From: a virus
Length of the DNA: 36,794 nucleotides
Reading direction: 5' to 3' (one strand)
Virus record (IMG/VR): IMGVR_UViG_3300009702_000009
Coordinates: 1-36,794 of that record
Of the stretch, positions 1 through 7,309 are shown one piece after another; position 1 is the stretch's first letter, and each line of letters begins with the position of its first letter. Under the pieces are notes generated by a model. The model was not told where the DNA came from, searched no databases, and saw only the letters and a program-made list of their open reading frames with translations. A program made the translations under genes and the position numbers.

Positions 1-123
1 GATGCTAATAAAAAATATACTAAAATTATTGTTGAAGGTGCTAATATTGACCAACAGAATGAAGAAACTTTTATTGGAAGTCAATCTCAAGTAACTTTAG
101 CTAAACCCCCTAAAAATATTAAA
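1..123. repeat. Terminal overlap, copy A (identical to 36672-36794)
   Basis: The same 123 nt (gatgctaataaaaaatatac...cctaaaaatattaaa) occur at both window ends. The repeat lies inside an open reading frame, so it is an assembly wrap-around of a circular or permuted genome rather than a physical end. Confidence 0.9.
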
Positions 124-837
124 GTGACAAATAGTAGTGGCACAGTATTAACTCAAACTACCAGTTCAATTTCAGGGGATTATACTGTTGATATTCAAGC
201 TATGACAATAGATTTTAGTCCTAATCAAACAGACCCTAAAGTTGAATATACATACCAATCTCAAGTGAGAGTAGAGATAGGTACAGGAAAAACATTGAAA
301 TTACAAAAATCTTATTTAGAGGATAAAGATGAAGCATTAAATTTGGCACTTTCAGCATTACAATTATATCAAGACGGAATCCAAACATCTAAATGGTTAA
401 AGAATGATGGAACAGATTTTGAAGATTATATTGTTGGGGAGACAATAATAGTTACTGATAATACTAATAATGTGTCAGGGGATTATGAAATCACTAGAGT
501 GGATTATGAATATCCAAATAGATTATATTTAACTGTTGGAGAAGATGAAGAGGGGATATTTGATTGGCAAAAAGAAGCTCAACAAAGGATACAAGAATTA
601 GAACAAAAAGAACAGGCGAGTGATTTTGTAACAAATTTTATTTATACTGTAGACAATTTAAATATTGCATTATCTACCGATATTATCACTTATCAAAAGA
701 AAGCTATCGATAATGGTTTTGTTTTAGATAGTAGTGTTTTAGATGGGACTGACATTTTAGATGGTTCTGATGACCAATCTTGGATTCCAATTGAAGGAAG
801 TAAATTTCCTATGAGTTTCCCTTGGGGGTTTAGTTAA
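1..837 (+). CDS. Tail tip protein, C-terminal part (same gene as 36111..36794)
   Basis: The frame is open from base 1. The GTG at 124 used by the ORF track is internal. Stop at 835-837. Confidence 0.6.
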   Translation, partial: DANKKYTKIIVEGANIDQQNEETFIGSQSQVTLAKPPKNIKVTNSSGTVLTQTTSSISGDYTVDIQAMTIDFSPNQTDPKVEYTYQSQVRVEIGTGKTLKLQKSYLEDKDEALNLALSALQLYQDGIQTSKWLKNDGTDFEDYIVGETIIVTDNTNNVSGDYEITRVDYEYPNRLYLTVGEDEEGIFDWQKEAQQRIQELEQKEQASDFVTNFIYTVDNLNIALSTDIITYQKKAIDNGFVLDSSVLDGTDILDGSDDQSWIPIEGSKFPMSFPWGFS

Positions 838-1209
838 ATGGTAGTTAATTTAACTAATATAACTCAAATTAAAACTGCAGTTTTAGATTCAATGGATATT
901 TATGATTATATTGCAGTAGGTACAGGAACTGCAACACCTTTAATTACAGATACAGCATTAGGAACTGAAGTTGATAGAAATATTACTACAAGTAACATAA
1001 AAAATGTTGCATTAGGAACTTATTTGTTTGCAACTACGTTCACTGTTTCAGAGGCTAATGGTAACACATTATCAGAGTATGGTGTATTTGATTTAGCATC
1101 AGGAGGAGAGATGTGGAGTAGGAATTTAATTACTCCTAATATTGTAAAAACCACTGATATTGAAGTTGTGGCATATACTCAAACAAATATAAAGGTAACT
1201 AACACATGA
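838..1209 (+). CDS. Small virion (tail-tip/fibre module) protein, paralog 1
   Basis: ATG abuts the upstream stop. Shares AVGTGT, DT.L.TE and EYGVFD...GG blocks with the 1250..1615 product. Confidence 0.6.
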   Translation: MVVNLTNITQIKTAVLDSMDIYDYIAVGTGTATPLITDTALGTEVDRNITTSNIKNVALGTYLFATTFTVSEANGNTLSEYGVFDLASGGEMWSRNLITPNIVKTTDIEVVAYTQTNIKVTNT

Positions 1210-1220
1210 ATGTGATAACA

Positions 1221-1230
1221 TTTATAAATA
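1221..1230 (+). promoter_or_regulatory. TATA-box-like 10-mer TTTATAAATA
   Basis: Exact 10-mer, 19 nt upstream of the ATG at 1250. Confidence 0.6.
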
Positions 1231-1249
1231 ATAAAGTTGAGGAAAAACT

Positions 1250-1615
1250 ATGACAATAGTTCAGACAGGAGTAGATGCTGTAAAACAAATAGTCTTAGAC
1301 CATTTTGATACATTCAATTATGGTGCTATAGGTACAGGGAGCACAACTGCATTAAGTAGTGATACTATTTTAGAGACTGAAACATTTAGAGAATTGGTTT
1401 ATAGTACAAACAAATTATTATCTGAAGGTGTATATATATTTACAATATATTTAACAACAATTGAGGGGAATGTATTAATCAAAGAGATAGGTATTTTTGA
1501 TGCTAACACAGGAGGAAATATTGCTTTAAGAAATAATATTGGAACTGATTATACTAAATTAAGTTCAGAAGAAATTAGAATACAAGTTGCAATAAATGTG
1601 GAGGTAACAGTATAA
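1250..1615 (+). CDS. Small virion (tail-tip/fibre module) protein, paralog 2
   Basis: 121 aa, colinear similarity to the 838..1209 product (AIGTGS, DT.LETE, EIGIFD...GG). Confidence 0.6.
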   Translation: MTIVQTGVDAVKQIVLDHFDTFNYGAIGTGSTTALSSDTILETETFRELVYSTNKLLSEGVYIFTIYLTTIEGNVLIKEIGIFDANTGGNIALRNNIGTDYTKLSSEEIRIQVAINVEVTV

Positions 1616-2604
1616 TGACCATAAGAAATACAAAATTAGGAGGTAGTGATTGGACTAGTGAGCAATTGGCGAGTTTAGATTTAAATGATACTATTGATGC
1701 AGTAATTGATTCACCTTCTATTGGAGAATCTCAAAACGCATATCAATCTTTACAAGCGAATGATATATTTGAGAATAAAGATAATTTATGTGCAGATGAA
1801 TTTGTTACTTCAACAGGGACTAATGCCACAGTAAATACTACGAGTAGTACAGGATATTTTTATTCTACAACACCAAGTTATACACTTAATTTTACAGATG
1901 AAGCATCAGGGGATACAACACATAACCCTAGTAGTTTTACTAATCCTGGTAATGCTTTTGATAATAATGATTCAACTTCTGCAACAAAAAATCATGTCTC
2001 TACTGTAGTAAGTGATGCATTAGGTAAAACTTTTGCTTCTGCAAGATATATCTCTTATGTTAAAATTATTAGTTCTCAATCTGATAATGGTAGTACAGGG
2101 AGAGATATATATTTACAAACTTATGATGGTGCAACTTGGACAACTGTTGCCACACTTGCACACCAAGTTAGTTCGTTAAGTATATCTTATTCTGGTACTT
2201 ATTATTTAAATACAACAACACAAGGTATAAGAATATTAAATACTACCACATTTACAAGTGGGTCTACTCATGTAACTTCAGTAACAACACTAGAATATGG
2301 AGATTATAATTCATCTGATACTGTTATAGCAGATAGTGGTACATTAACTTTAGATGGAACTGAAACGGGTATTGGTGTATATTGTGATTCTACGTTCCCT
2401 ACAAATACTTCCATGACAGTTACAGCAGGGGATGGAACTTTATCTACTTCTGCTCAGAGTATTAATTCTTCTAATAAAAGTTCAGGTGTGTTTGATATCA
2501 CGAGTTTAGGTACAGGAACATTGAATTTAACCTTCACTTTAAGTACAATAGATACAAGTGTTACTCCAACATTTAGAGGATATGGGGTGAAATTAATACG
2601 ATAA
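1615..2604 (+). CDS. Ser/Thr-rich fibre or receptor-binding protein with a discoidin (F5/8 type C)-like segment
   Basis: ATG overlaps the upstream stop. NAFDNNDSTSA...ALGKTF..ARYISYVKII...IYLQTYDGATWTTVA resembles the galactose-binding-like domain pattern. Composition is rich in S/T/N/G. Confidence 0.5.
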   Translation: MTIRNTKLGGSDWTSEQLASLDLNDTIDAVIDSPSIGESQNAYQSLQANDIFENKDNLCADEFVTSTGTNATVNTTSSTGYFYSTTPSYTLNFTDEASGDTTHNPSSFTNPGNAFDNNDSTSATKNHVSTVVSDALGKTFASARYISYVKIISSQSDNGSTGRDIYLQTYDGATWTTVATLAHQVSSLSISYSGTYYLNTTTQGIRILNTTTFTSGSTHVTSVTTLEYGDYNSSDTVIADSGTLTLDGTETGIGVYCDSTFPTNTSMTVTAGDGTLSTSAQSINSSNKSSGVFDITSLGTGTLNLTFTLSTIDTSVTPTFRGYGVKLIR

Positions 2605-2605
2605 A

Positions 2606-2830
2606 ATGGCAACTAATGATATATTTATGAAAATAACTAAGGGGATATTCAAAGGAAATAGAGGGAAGGAGTTACAACTTTTAAGAAAAAAGATTGAAGT
2701 ATTGGAATTTGTCGGTGTACCTAATACAAATCAACAAGTATGGATTGATGCGGTAAATGCCGAGTATGATTTATATTTTAATCAAGTAAAAACTGAATTG
2801 AATGAGGAAACCCTGGAGGATATTGTATAA
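2606..2830 (+). CDS. Hypothetical protein (tail module)
   Basis: 74-aa ORF, tightly packed with its neighbours. Confidence 0.5.
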   Translation: MATNDIFMKITKGIFKGNRGKELQLLRKKIEVLEFVGVPNTNQQVWIDAVNAEYDLYFNQVKTELNEETLEDIV

Positions 2831-3240
2831 TGGTGTGGGATGATGTAAAAGCAACCTTTGGGACCATGACAGCTACTGAATATAATAATATGGTTACATT
2901 CATTAAAAGTGTAATCAGTTCAAGTGGAAATATAGGACTCGGAACACCAACAAACTTAACAATAGCAACAGGAGTTATAACAAAAACCGGTAGTTATCAT
3001 ACAGTAGATACTGAAGCGAGTGCATCAACAGATGATTTGGATACAATTAATGGGGGTTCAATAGGAGATATTTTATTTTTAACTGCGACAGATAGTACAA
3101 GAACTGTTGTTGTTAAAGATAATATTGGTAATTTACAATTAAGTGGGGATTTTAGTTTAGATAATATTGAGGACACAATACAATTACTTTATAATGGTAC
3201 TAATTGGTTAGAAATTAGTAGAAGTAATAATGGGGTATAA
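2830..3240 (+). CDS. Hypothetical structural protein (tail module)
   Basis: 136-aa ORF whose start overlaps the upstream stop (TAATG). Confidence 0.5.
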   Translation: MVWDDVKATFGTMTATEYNNMVTFIKSVISSSGNIGLGTPTNLTIATGVITKTGSYHTVDTEASASTDDLDTINGGSIGDILFLTATDSTRTVVVKDNIGNLQLSGDFSLDNIEDTIQLLYNGTNWLEISRSNNGV

Positions 3241-3243
3241 AAA

Positions 3244-3582
3244 ATGAAATTAAAATTTGATAAACGTAACAATTATATAGGGAGTTCAGAGAAACAGAAA
3301 AAATATACATATTGGATATATAAATATTATCGAGATATAAATTTTACTGCATTTAAACATGATTGGCATTATATATTAATGATGGGGGAGAGAAATCAAG
3401 GGGTAAGATTTATGATGAAAGTCATGTATGATTTAATTTTTTTAGTATTAGGATGCATACGTTGTCTAAAAAACTATAGAATTGATGGAGCTATTATAGT
3501 AATTATTTTATATTTAATTTTATTATTTAGTACTCCTTGGTATTTATGGGTTAAACGTAAAACCAACTATAATTTAAGTTAA
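3244..3582 (+). CDS. Membrane protein (two C-terminal hydrophobic helices)
   Basis: LIFLVLGCIRCL and AIIVIILYLILLFSTPWYLW hydrophobic stretches. Confidence 0.45.
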   Translation: MKLKFDKRNNYIGSSEKQKKYTYWIYKYYRDINFTAFKHDWHYILMMGERNQGVRFMMKVMYDLIFLVLGCIRCLKNYRIDGAIIVIILYLILLFSTPWYLWVKRKTNYNLS

Positions 3583-3753
3583 ATGGGAAAAAAACATATT
3601 AAGAGGATACACGAATTAGATAAGAAATTAGATAAGATAATAAAAAGCAATAATATACATTTATGGTTAAAAATAGCTATAATTTTATATTTGATTGCAT
3701 TATCAGGTGAAGTTGACCCTGTGCATTTACTTGAAATTCTATTGAGTGGTTAA
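3583..3753 (+). CDS. Small membrane protein, 56 aa (holin-like size and topology)
   Basis: Hand-translated: MGKKHIKRIHELDKKLDKIIKSNNIHLWLKIAIILYLIALSGEVDPVHLLEILLSG. ATG immediately follows the upstream TAA. One transmembrane helix. Confidence 0.4.
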   Translation: MGKKHIKRIHELDKKLDKIIKSNNIHLWLKIAIILYLIALSGEVDPVHLLEILLSG

Positions 3754-4329
3754 AACACTTTATTATATACTATAACTTTTAGAGATTAATTGTCGTTTTC
3801 AATTGACGACAAGAGCTTTTAGCTCTTCTTTACTACAATCATTTCTTCACACACTCAAGATATGATATCCTTTAGAAGGAGTCTTTATCCAATTCCTCCT
3901 TCTCTTTCACAACCTTTCTAGAATGTAAACATTTATATATAAGTTAATTAAAGAATATAGTATGCTTTACAAATTGATGTAAAGTTGAGGTCAGGGAGAC
4001 CTCACCAAAGAAGTATCTATAGATATATATTTCTATATTTTGATACTTATAAACTTATCGGTAAAAACTCCATATTAAAAGGTATGAGTAAAGTATTACT
4101 TAAATAGGTATGAGTAATACTCATACTCCTAAAAAAACTAAATGCAGTTACTAAAACCTATGATTTGCTTATATAATTAAGCAAAGAAGTTGTTAGTGGT
4201 AGTAATAACGTAAGTCGTCTAGAATATAGTATGATATATATTACATACAAAATAAAAAAAGGAGTATGTATGTACACACATATTACTTGAAGAAGTATTA
4301 CTCATACTTTAGTAATACTTTAATAAAAA
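3754..4329. promoter_or_regulatory. Large non-coding control region (candidate switch or origin)
   Basis: 576 nt with no credible ORF. Hairpins: ttgtcgt/acgacaa (about 3790-3812), gagct/agctc (3813-3825), gaggtc/gacctc (3987-4003), ttgctta/taagcaa (4164-4183). Repeated GTATGAGTAATACT / AGTATTACTCATAC motifs at 4082-4100, 4108-4126 and 4294-4319. Confidence 0.6.
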
Positions 4330-4616
4330 ATGGGAAATAGAAAAGCGATTTACTTGCAAGATAGGATGTTGAAATATTAGATAAATTAGTTCAACAAGCG
4401 AAAATAGATTATAGGGGCAAACAAAAAATAACTACTTCAACAGTTATCCAGAGTTTGATTAGAAAAGCAGGTCGAGACATTAAAGAAGTTTTATTAGAAG
4501 AATTGGTGTTTCATACTGAGAAAGCTAGAGTTGTAGAAGAAAAGATAAAGTTATTAAATAGGAAAAATATTGAAGAAGGTAACTTAATAACTGAACTCAA
4601 AGGGGTGTTTACTTAA
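4330..4616 (+). pseudogene. Ribbon-helix-helix (CopG/Arc-like) regulator gene interrupted by a frame change
   Basis: ATG 4330 gives MGNRKAIYLQDRMLKY, then TAG at 4378. The -1 frame continues from 4377 as LDKLVQQAKIDYRGKQKITTSTVIQSLIRKAGRD... to TAA 4614-4616, which overlaps the next ATG (TAATG). Joined, the product has a strand-helix-helix layout. Confidence 0.45.
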
Positions 4617-4840
4617 TGCATTTAGGACAAAAACAAAGGGCGATATTAGAAGATATGCAAGAGAAAGGATTTACTACTCAAGACATTATATCCAAAACAT
4701 ATAATATTAAAAAATATGAAGAACAGATGGACAAAGTTGAAGAATTTGTTGCTTTAGGTTGGATTAAAAGACATTCAAGAACTAACAAATTATTAATAGG
4801 AGATAAATTTCCTTATGAGGAATTAGATGAGTGGAACTAA
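4616..4840 (+). CDS. Small DNA-binding protein (winged-helix-like)
   Basis: KQRAILEDMQEKGFTTQDIISKTY looks like a helix-turn-helix segment. Start is coupled to the upstream frame. Confidence 0.4.
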   Translation: MHLGQKQRAILEDMQEKGFTTQDIISKTYNIKKYEEQMDKVEEFVALGWIKRHSRTNKLLIGDKFPYEELDEWN

Positions 4841-4851
4841 CATTGATTTGG

Positions 4852-5070
4852 ATGTGCAACAAATGTGAGACTTATTCTAATAGGATTATTAGATTTAGGA
4901 ATGATGAGAAGGTAACAGGTAGAAAGATTGCAGATAAGAAGCGTAAAGCCCGATATACATGTCACAAATGTAATATCACATATACTTTTAAGAAACTCAA
5001 GAAAATTCCTCAAGTAAAATATGTTGAAGAAGGAAAAGTAGTTGGAACATTAAATAGATATCAGCGTTGA
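4852..5070 (+). CDS. Zinc-ribbon protein
   Basis: CNKC...CHKC pairs. ATG 4852 preferred over the overlapping GTG 4831 used by the ORF track. Confidence 0.5.
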   Translation: MCNKCETYSNRIIRFRNDEKVTGRKIADKKRKARYTCHKCNITYTFKKLKKIPQVKYVEEGKVVGTLNRYQR

Positions 5071-5084
5071 TTTCACTACAAAAT

Positions 5085-5142
5085 AATACAAAGGTTTATA
5101 TATGTAAGTATTTACATTATATTTGGTGAAAGACCACGTATG
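5085..5142 (+). promoter_or_regulatory. Promoter/operator/leader cassette, copy 1
   Basis: aatacaaaggTTTATATAtgtaagtatttacattata..GGTGAaagaccacgtATG. TATA 5095-5102, palindrome ATGTAA-gtat-TTACAT 5102-5117, GGTGA 5125-5129, ATG 5140. Confidence 0.65.
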
Positions 5143-5283
5143 GAAGCAATAAGATATATCAACACATTAAATAAGAATAAAGAAGAGTTAGTTAAGGCTC
5201 ACAAAGCTAATCGAGTTAACATTAAAAAGCGATTAGAGGAGATTAAATATCATATAATTAATAATAAGAGGTTATTAGAATAA
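5140..5283 (+). CDS. Small protein, 47 aa
   Basis: Hand-translated MEAIRYINTLNKNKEELVKAHKANRVNIKKRLEEIKYHIINNKRLLE. Its stop overlaps the next ATG (TAATG). Confidence 0.45.
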   Translation: MEAIRYINTLNKNKEELVKAHKANRVNIKKRLEEIKYHIINNKRLLE

Positions 5284-5711
5284 TGGTAGAGAAAACACAA
5301 TTAAAATATTTAAGAAAAGAAGGATATGATTTCGTATTTGAAGAAATTGAATCAGGTGAAGAAGTAACATTAAAGATTTGGAAAGATAAACCATTCAAAA
5401 ACAATATTGCATTTGGAGAAATAGGATATGGTGTACTTAATAGTAATTGGTTAAATGAATGGCAGAAACTCAAAGATGCAGATAAAAAATTGGATGAGGT
5501 AACTAGTTCATCAACACCTAAAGTTATTAGTCCTTATGATGATAAACAGAATAAGATTTTAGCACAGAGCACATTAAAGGAAGCAGTAAATATTGCCATT
5601 GCAAATAACGCCCCAGATGTTACATTAAAAGACATAATGCAGATACATAAAGAGTTATATGATTATATGTCTAATGAGGGATATAAAAATGAAACTAACA
5701 CTAAGAAGTAA
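5283..5711 (+). CDS. Hypothetical early protein
   Basis: 142-aa ORF with no recognisable motif. Confidence 0.5.
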   Translation: MVEKTQLKYLRKEGYDFVFEEIESGEEVTLKIWKDKPFKNNIAFGEIGYGVLNSNWLNEWQKLKDADKKLDEVTSSSTPKVISPYDDKQNKILAQSTLKEAVNIAIANNAPDVTLKDIMQIHKELYDYMSNEGYKNETNTKK

Positions 5712-5832
5712 GAAAGCATTTCAGGTTAAGACCCAAAACATAAATAAATTTATGGATGTGATTGAAACTTGTATGTTGATGTTAAAAGATGAAGGGATTG
5801 AAGTGGAAACTATTTTGAGGTTAGAGAAATGA
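5689..5832 (+). CDS. Small protein, 47 aa
   Basis: Hand-translated MKLTLRSKKAFQVKTQNINKFMDVIETCMLMLKDEGIEVETILRLEK. Overlaps the upstream gene end by 23 nt. Confidence 0.35.
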   Translation: MKLTLRSKKAFQVKTQNINKFMDVIETCMLMLKDEGIEVETILRLEK

Positions 5833-5975
5833 TAAGTAAAGAGTATTGGGAGAAATTCAATCAAACTAAACCTGATGACGAATTAAAAGCTGTCATCAAG
5901 TTAGAGAGCACGTATTCAGCTAAATTGAATGAAATAAAAAAAACTAGAGAGGTACTCGAAAATCGAGAAAATTAA
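5829..5975 (+). CDS. Small protein, 48 aa
   Basis: ATGA overlap with the upstream ORF. MISKEYWEKFNQTKPDDELKAVIKLESTYSAKLNEIKKTREVLENREN. Confidence 0.35.
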   Translation: MISKEYWEKFNQTKPDDELKAVIKLESTYSAKLNEIKKTREVLENREN

Positions 5976-6038
5976 AAGTAAAGATTGGTATAAGGAATCA
6001 TCAACTATGGTTGAACAGGGTTTTGTATTAGTAGATGG

Positions 6039-6338
6039 ATGGTGGGTAAAAGAATGATTTTTTCAGATGCTACAATTGAGAAAGCTATGAACATGAGGTT
6101 CGAGAAGAAAGCAGAAAATATATATTATACTAACCCTACAACAGATAAAGACAATTATAAACATAAAATTATATATAATAAAGGCGAGACACCTATTTGT
6201 GATTGTACTTGGTATAGAGTGAGTATGAATAGACCCAATAAACTCTTATGTTCACACGCATTAGGTATATTATATAAAGAAGATAGAGTAACATTTTGGT
6301 CTATATTAACAAAAAATAGGGAGCATGATGTAGAATGA
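6039..6338 (+). CDS. SWIM-type zinc-finger protein
   Basis: CDCTWYRVSMNRPNKLLCSHALG fits the CxCx(n)CxH SWIM signature. Confidence 0.6.
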   Translation: MVGKRMIFSDATIEKAMNMRFEKKAENIYYTNPTTDKDNYKHKIIYNKGETPICDCTWYRVSMNRPNKLLCSHALGILYKEDRVTFWSILTKNREHDVE

Positions 6339-6463
6339 GTAAATTGTATGGTAATGACACTTATAATATTAGATGTGAAAAGTGTCATAAAATGTTGGTG
6401 AAATTCCCTGGAGGTCAAAAATGTGAGACACCAGGATGTGAAACATATTTGGAGTGGTTGTAA
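6335..6463 (+). CDS. Zinc-ribbon protein, 42 aa
   Basis: Hand-translated MSKLYGNDTYNIRCEKCHKMLVKFPGGQKCETPGCETYLEWL. ATGA and TAATG overlaps with both neighbours. Confidence 0.45.
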   Translation: MSKLYGNDTYNIRCEKCHKMLVKFPGGQKCETPGCETYLEWL

Positions 6464-6678
6464 TGACAAGAAACATAAAAGGAGTAATTAATGTAGATAA
6501 TGTTAAAATTGAACAAATGAAATCATTATTTAAAGAGGGATTTGAAAAAGTCCCAAATAAAGAGGAATTAGAGGCTTTGCATATATTGGTAGATAGATTT
6601 TCAAAAGATGCAAAGAATTGGGAGAAGGTTAAAACTTCTTTAACTGCAAAACAATTATTAAGGGTGTTAGAAGGATAA
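6463..6678 (+). CDS. Hypothetical early protein
   Basis: ORF track starts at GTG 6454. ATG 6463, coupled to the upstream stop, is preferred. Confidence 0.45.
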   Translation: MTRNIKGVINVDNVKIEQMKSLFKEGFEKVPNKEELEALHILVDRFSKDAKNWEKVKTSLTAKQLLRVLEG

Positions 6679-6914
6679 TGTTTTGGAAAAAGAATAAAAC
6701 TTTACATAATACAGATATGTTAAAAACCATTAAAACCCAATTAGAAATTCACACTATAAAAGTTGAACAATTGATTAAAGCAAGAAATATGTTACAAGAA
6801 TACAGAAAAGATATACAGAGCAATATTAATGATTTAGTTGGTGTGTTAGAAGATACAGATTTAAGTATTAAAGAGTTAAATGAGAGGATAGTGAAAAAGT
6901 GTTCAAACAAATAA
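6678..6914 (+). CDS. Hypothetical coiled-coil protein
   Basis: 78-aa ORF; ATG overlaps the upstream stop. Confidence 0.45.
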   Translation: MFWKKNKTLHNTDMLKTIKTQLEIHTIKVEQLIKARNMLQEYRKDIQSNINDLVGVLEDTDLSIKELNERIVKKCSNK

Positions 6915-6936
6915 AAATAATGGGGGTGATAATAAG

Positions 6937-7131
6937 ATGAAAAATTTATTAAAAAAAGAGCATATGAGTACAAACCAAGTATTAGAATTAGCTAAAAAGA
7001 AAGGGAATAAATATAAAGGAAAATTACATCATTTCACTTGTTCTAAAGAGTTAGAGAGATTAGCTGCTGCAGATGAGATAGTTAAACTTAAACTAGGGAA
7101 GATAACTTATTGGAGGAGAAAAGATGACTAA
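6937..7131 (+). CDS. Small DNA-binding-like protein
   Basis: GGGGGTGAT Shine-Dalgarno-like element upstream. Basic 64-aa protein. Confidence 0.4.
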   Translation: MKNLLKKEHMSTNQVLELAKKKGNKYKGKLHHFTCSKELERLAAADEIVKLKLGKITYWRRKDD

Positions 7132-7309
7132 TTTATCTCAATCTGAAATTAATTTAAGTATATTAAATAAACTTGAAGCGTTACTTAAATCTCAAAAGAT
7201 GTTAAATGAACGTATAAATCAGTATGAGAAATATTTAGTTGAGTTGAGTGATGATTATGTTATATTAACAAATAAAGTGGGTGAATTAGAAAGATTCCAA
7301 AATGCTTAG
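7124..7309 (+). CDS. Hypothetical coiled-coil protein
   Basis: 61-aa ORF, GGAGGAG upstream. Confidence 0.45.
   Translation: MTNLSQSEINLSILNKLEALLKSQKMLNERINQYEKYLVELSDDYVILTNKVGELERFQNA

Noticed and set aside
1-123. The 123-bp end repeat as genuine direct terminal repeats of a linear genome
   Set aside because: The repeat lies in the middle of a coding frame, and collapsing it restores a single 465-aa ORF. That is the signature of an assembly overlap.
1221-1230. TATAAATA read as a T4-type bacterial late promoter (-10 element)
   Set aside because: There is no gp55/gp33-like factor in a closed 36.7-kb genome. The fixed 19-22 nt spacing to ATGs, without intervening ribosome-binding sites, fits archaeal TATA/leaderless geometry better than a -10 element with a 5' UTR. 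This still needs experimental or homology confirmation.
3754-4329. Control region as an attP site of a temperate virus
   Set aside because: No integrase or recombinase gene is present in the closed genome, and no tRNA-like core was seen. A regulatory or origin role fits better.
4266-4340. 24-codon ORF (MYVHTYYLKKYYSYFSNTLIKNGK) preceded by AGGAG in the control region
   Set aside because: It is very short, has an odd Tyr-rich composition, and directly overlies the repeated operator-like motifs and the RHH start. It is more likely non-coding.
5258-5473. Minus-strand ORFs in the supplied track (5258-5473, 6155-6469, 6749-6973, 10842-11033, 13785-14042, 14361-14585, 15371-15634, 16124-16318, 16590-16787, 18294-18509, 19165-19404, 20300-20524, 21239-21511, 22816-23013, 26929-27225, 28578-28763, 29458-29697, 30189-30416, 31313-31504, 33196-33408, 33806-34108, 34702-34947)
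   Set aside because: Each lies fully antisense to a better-supported + strand gene. All have low-complexity, Leu/Ile/Phe/Ser-rich translations typical of antisense frames in AT-rich DNA, and none has promoter or ribosome-binding signals.
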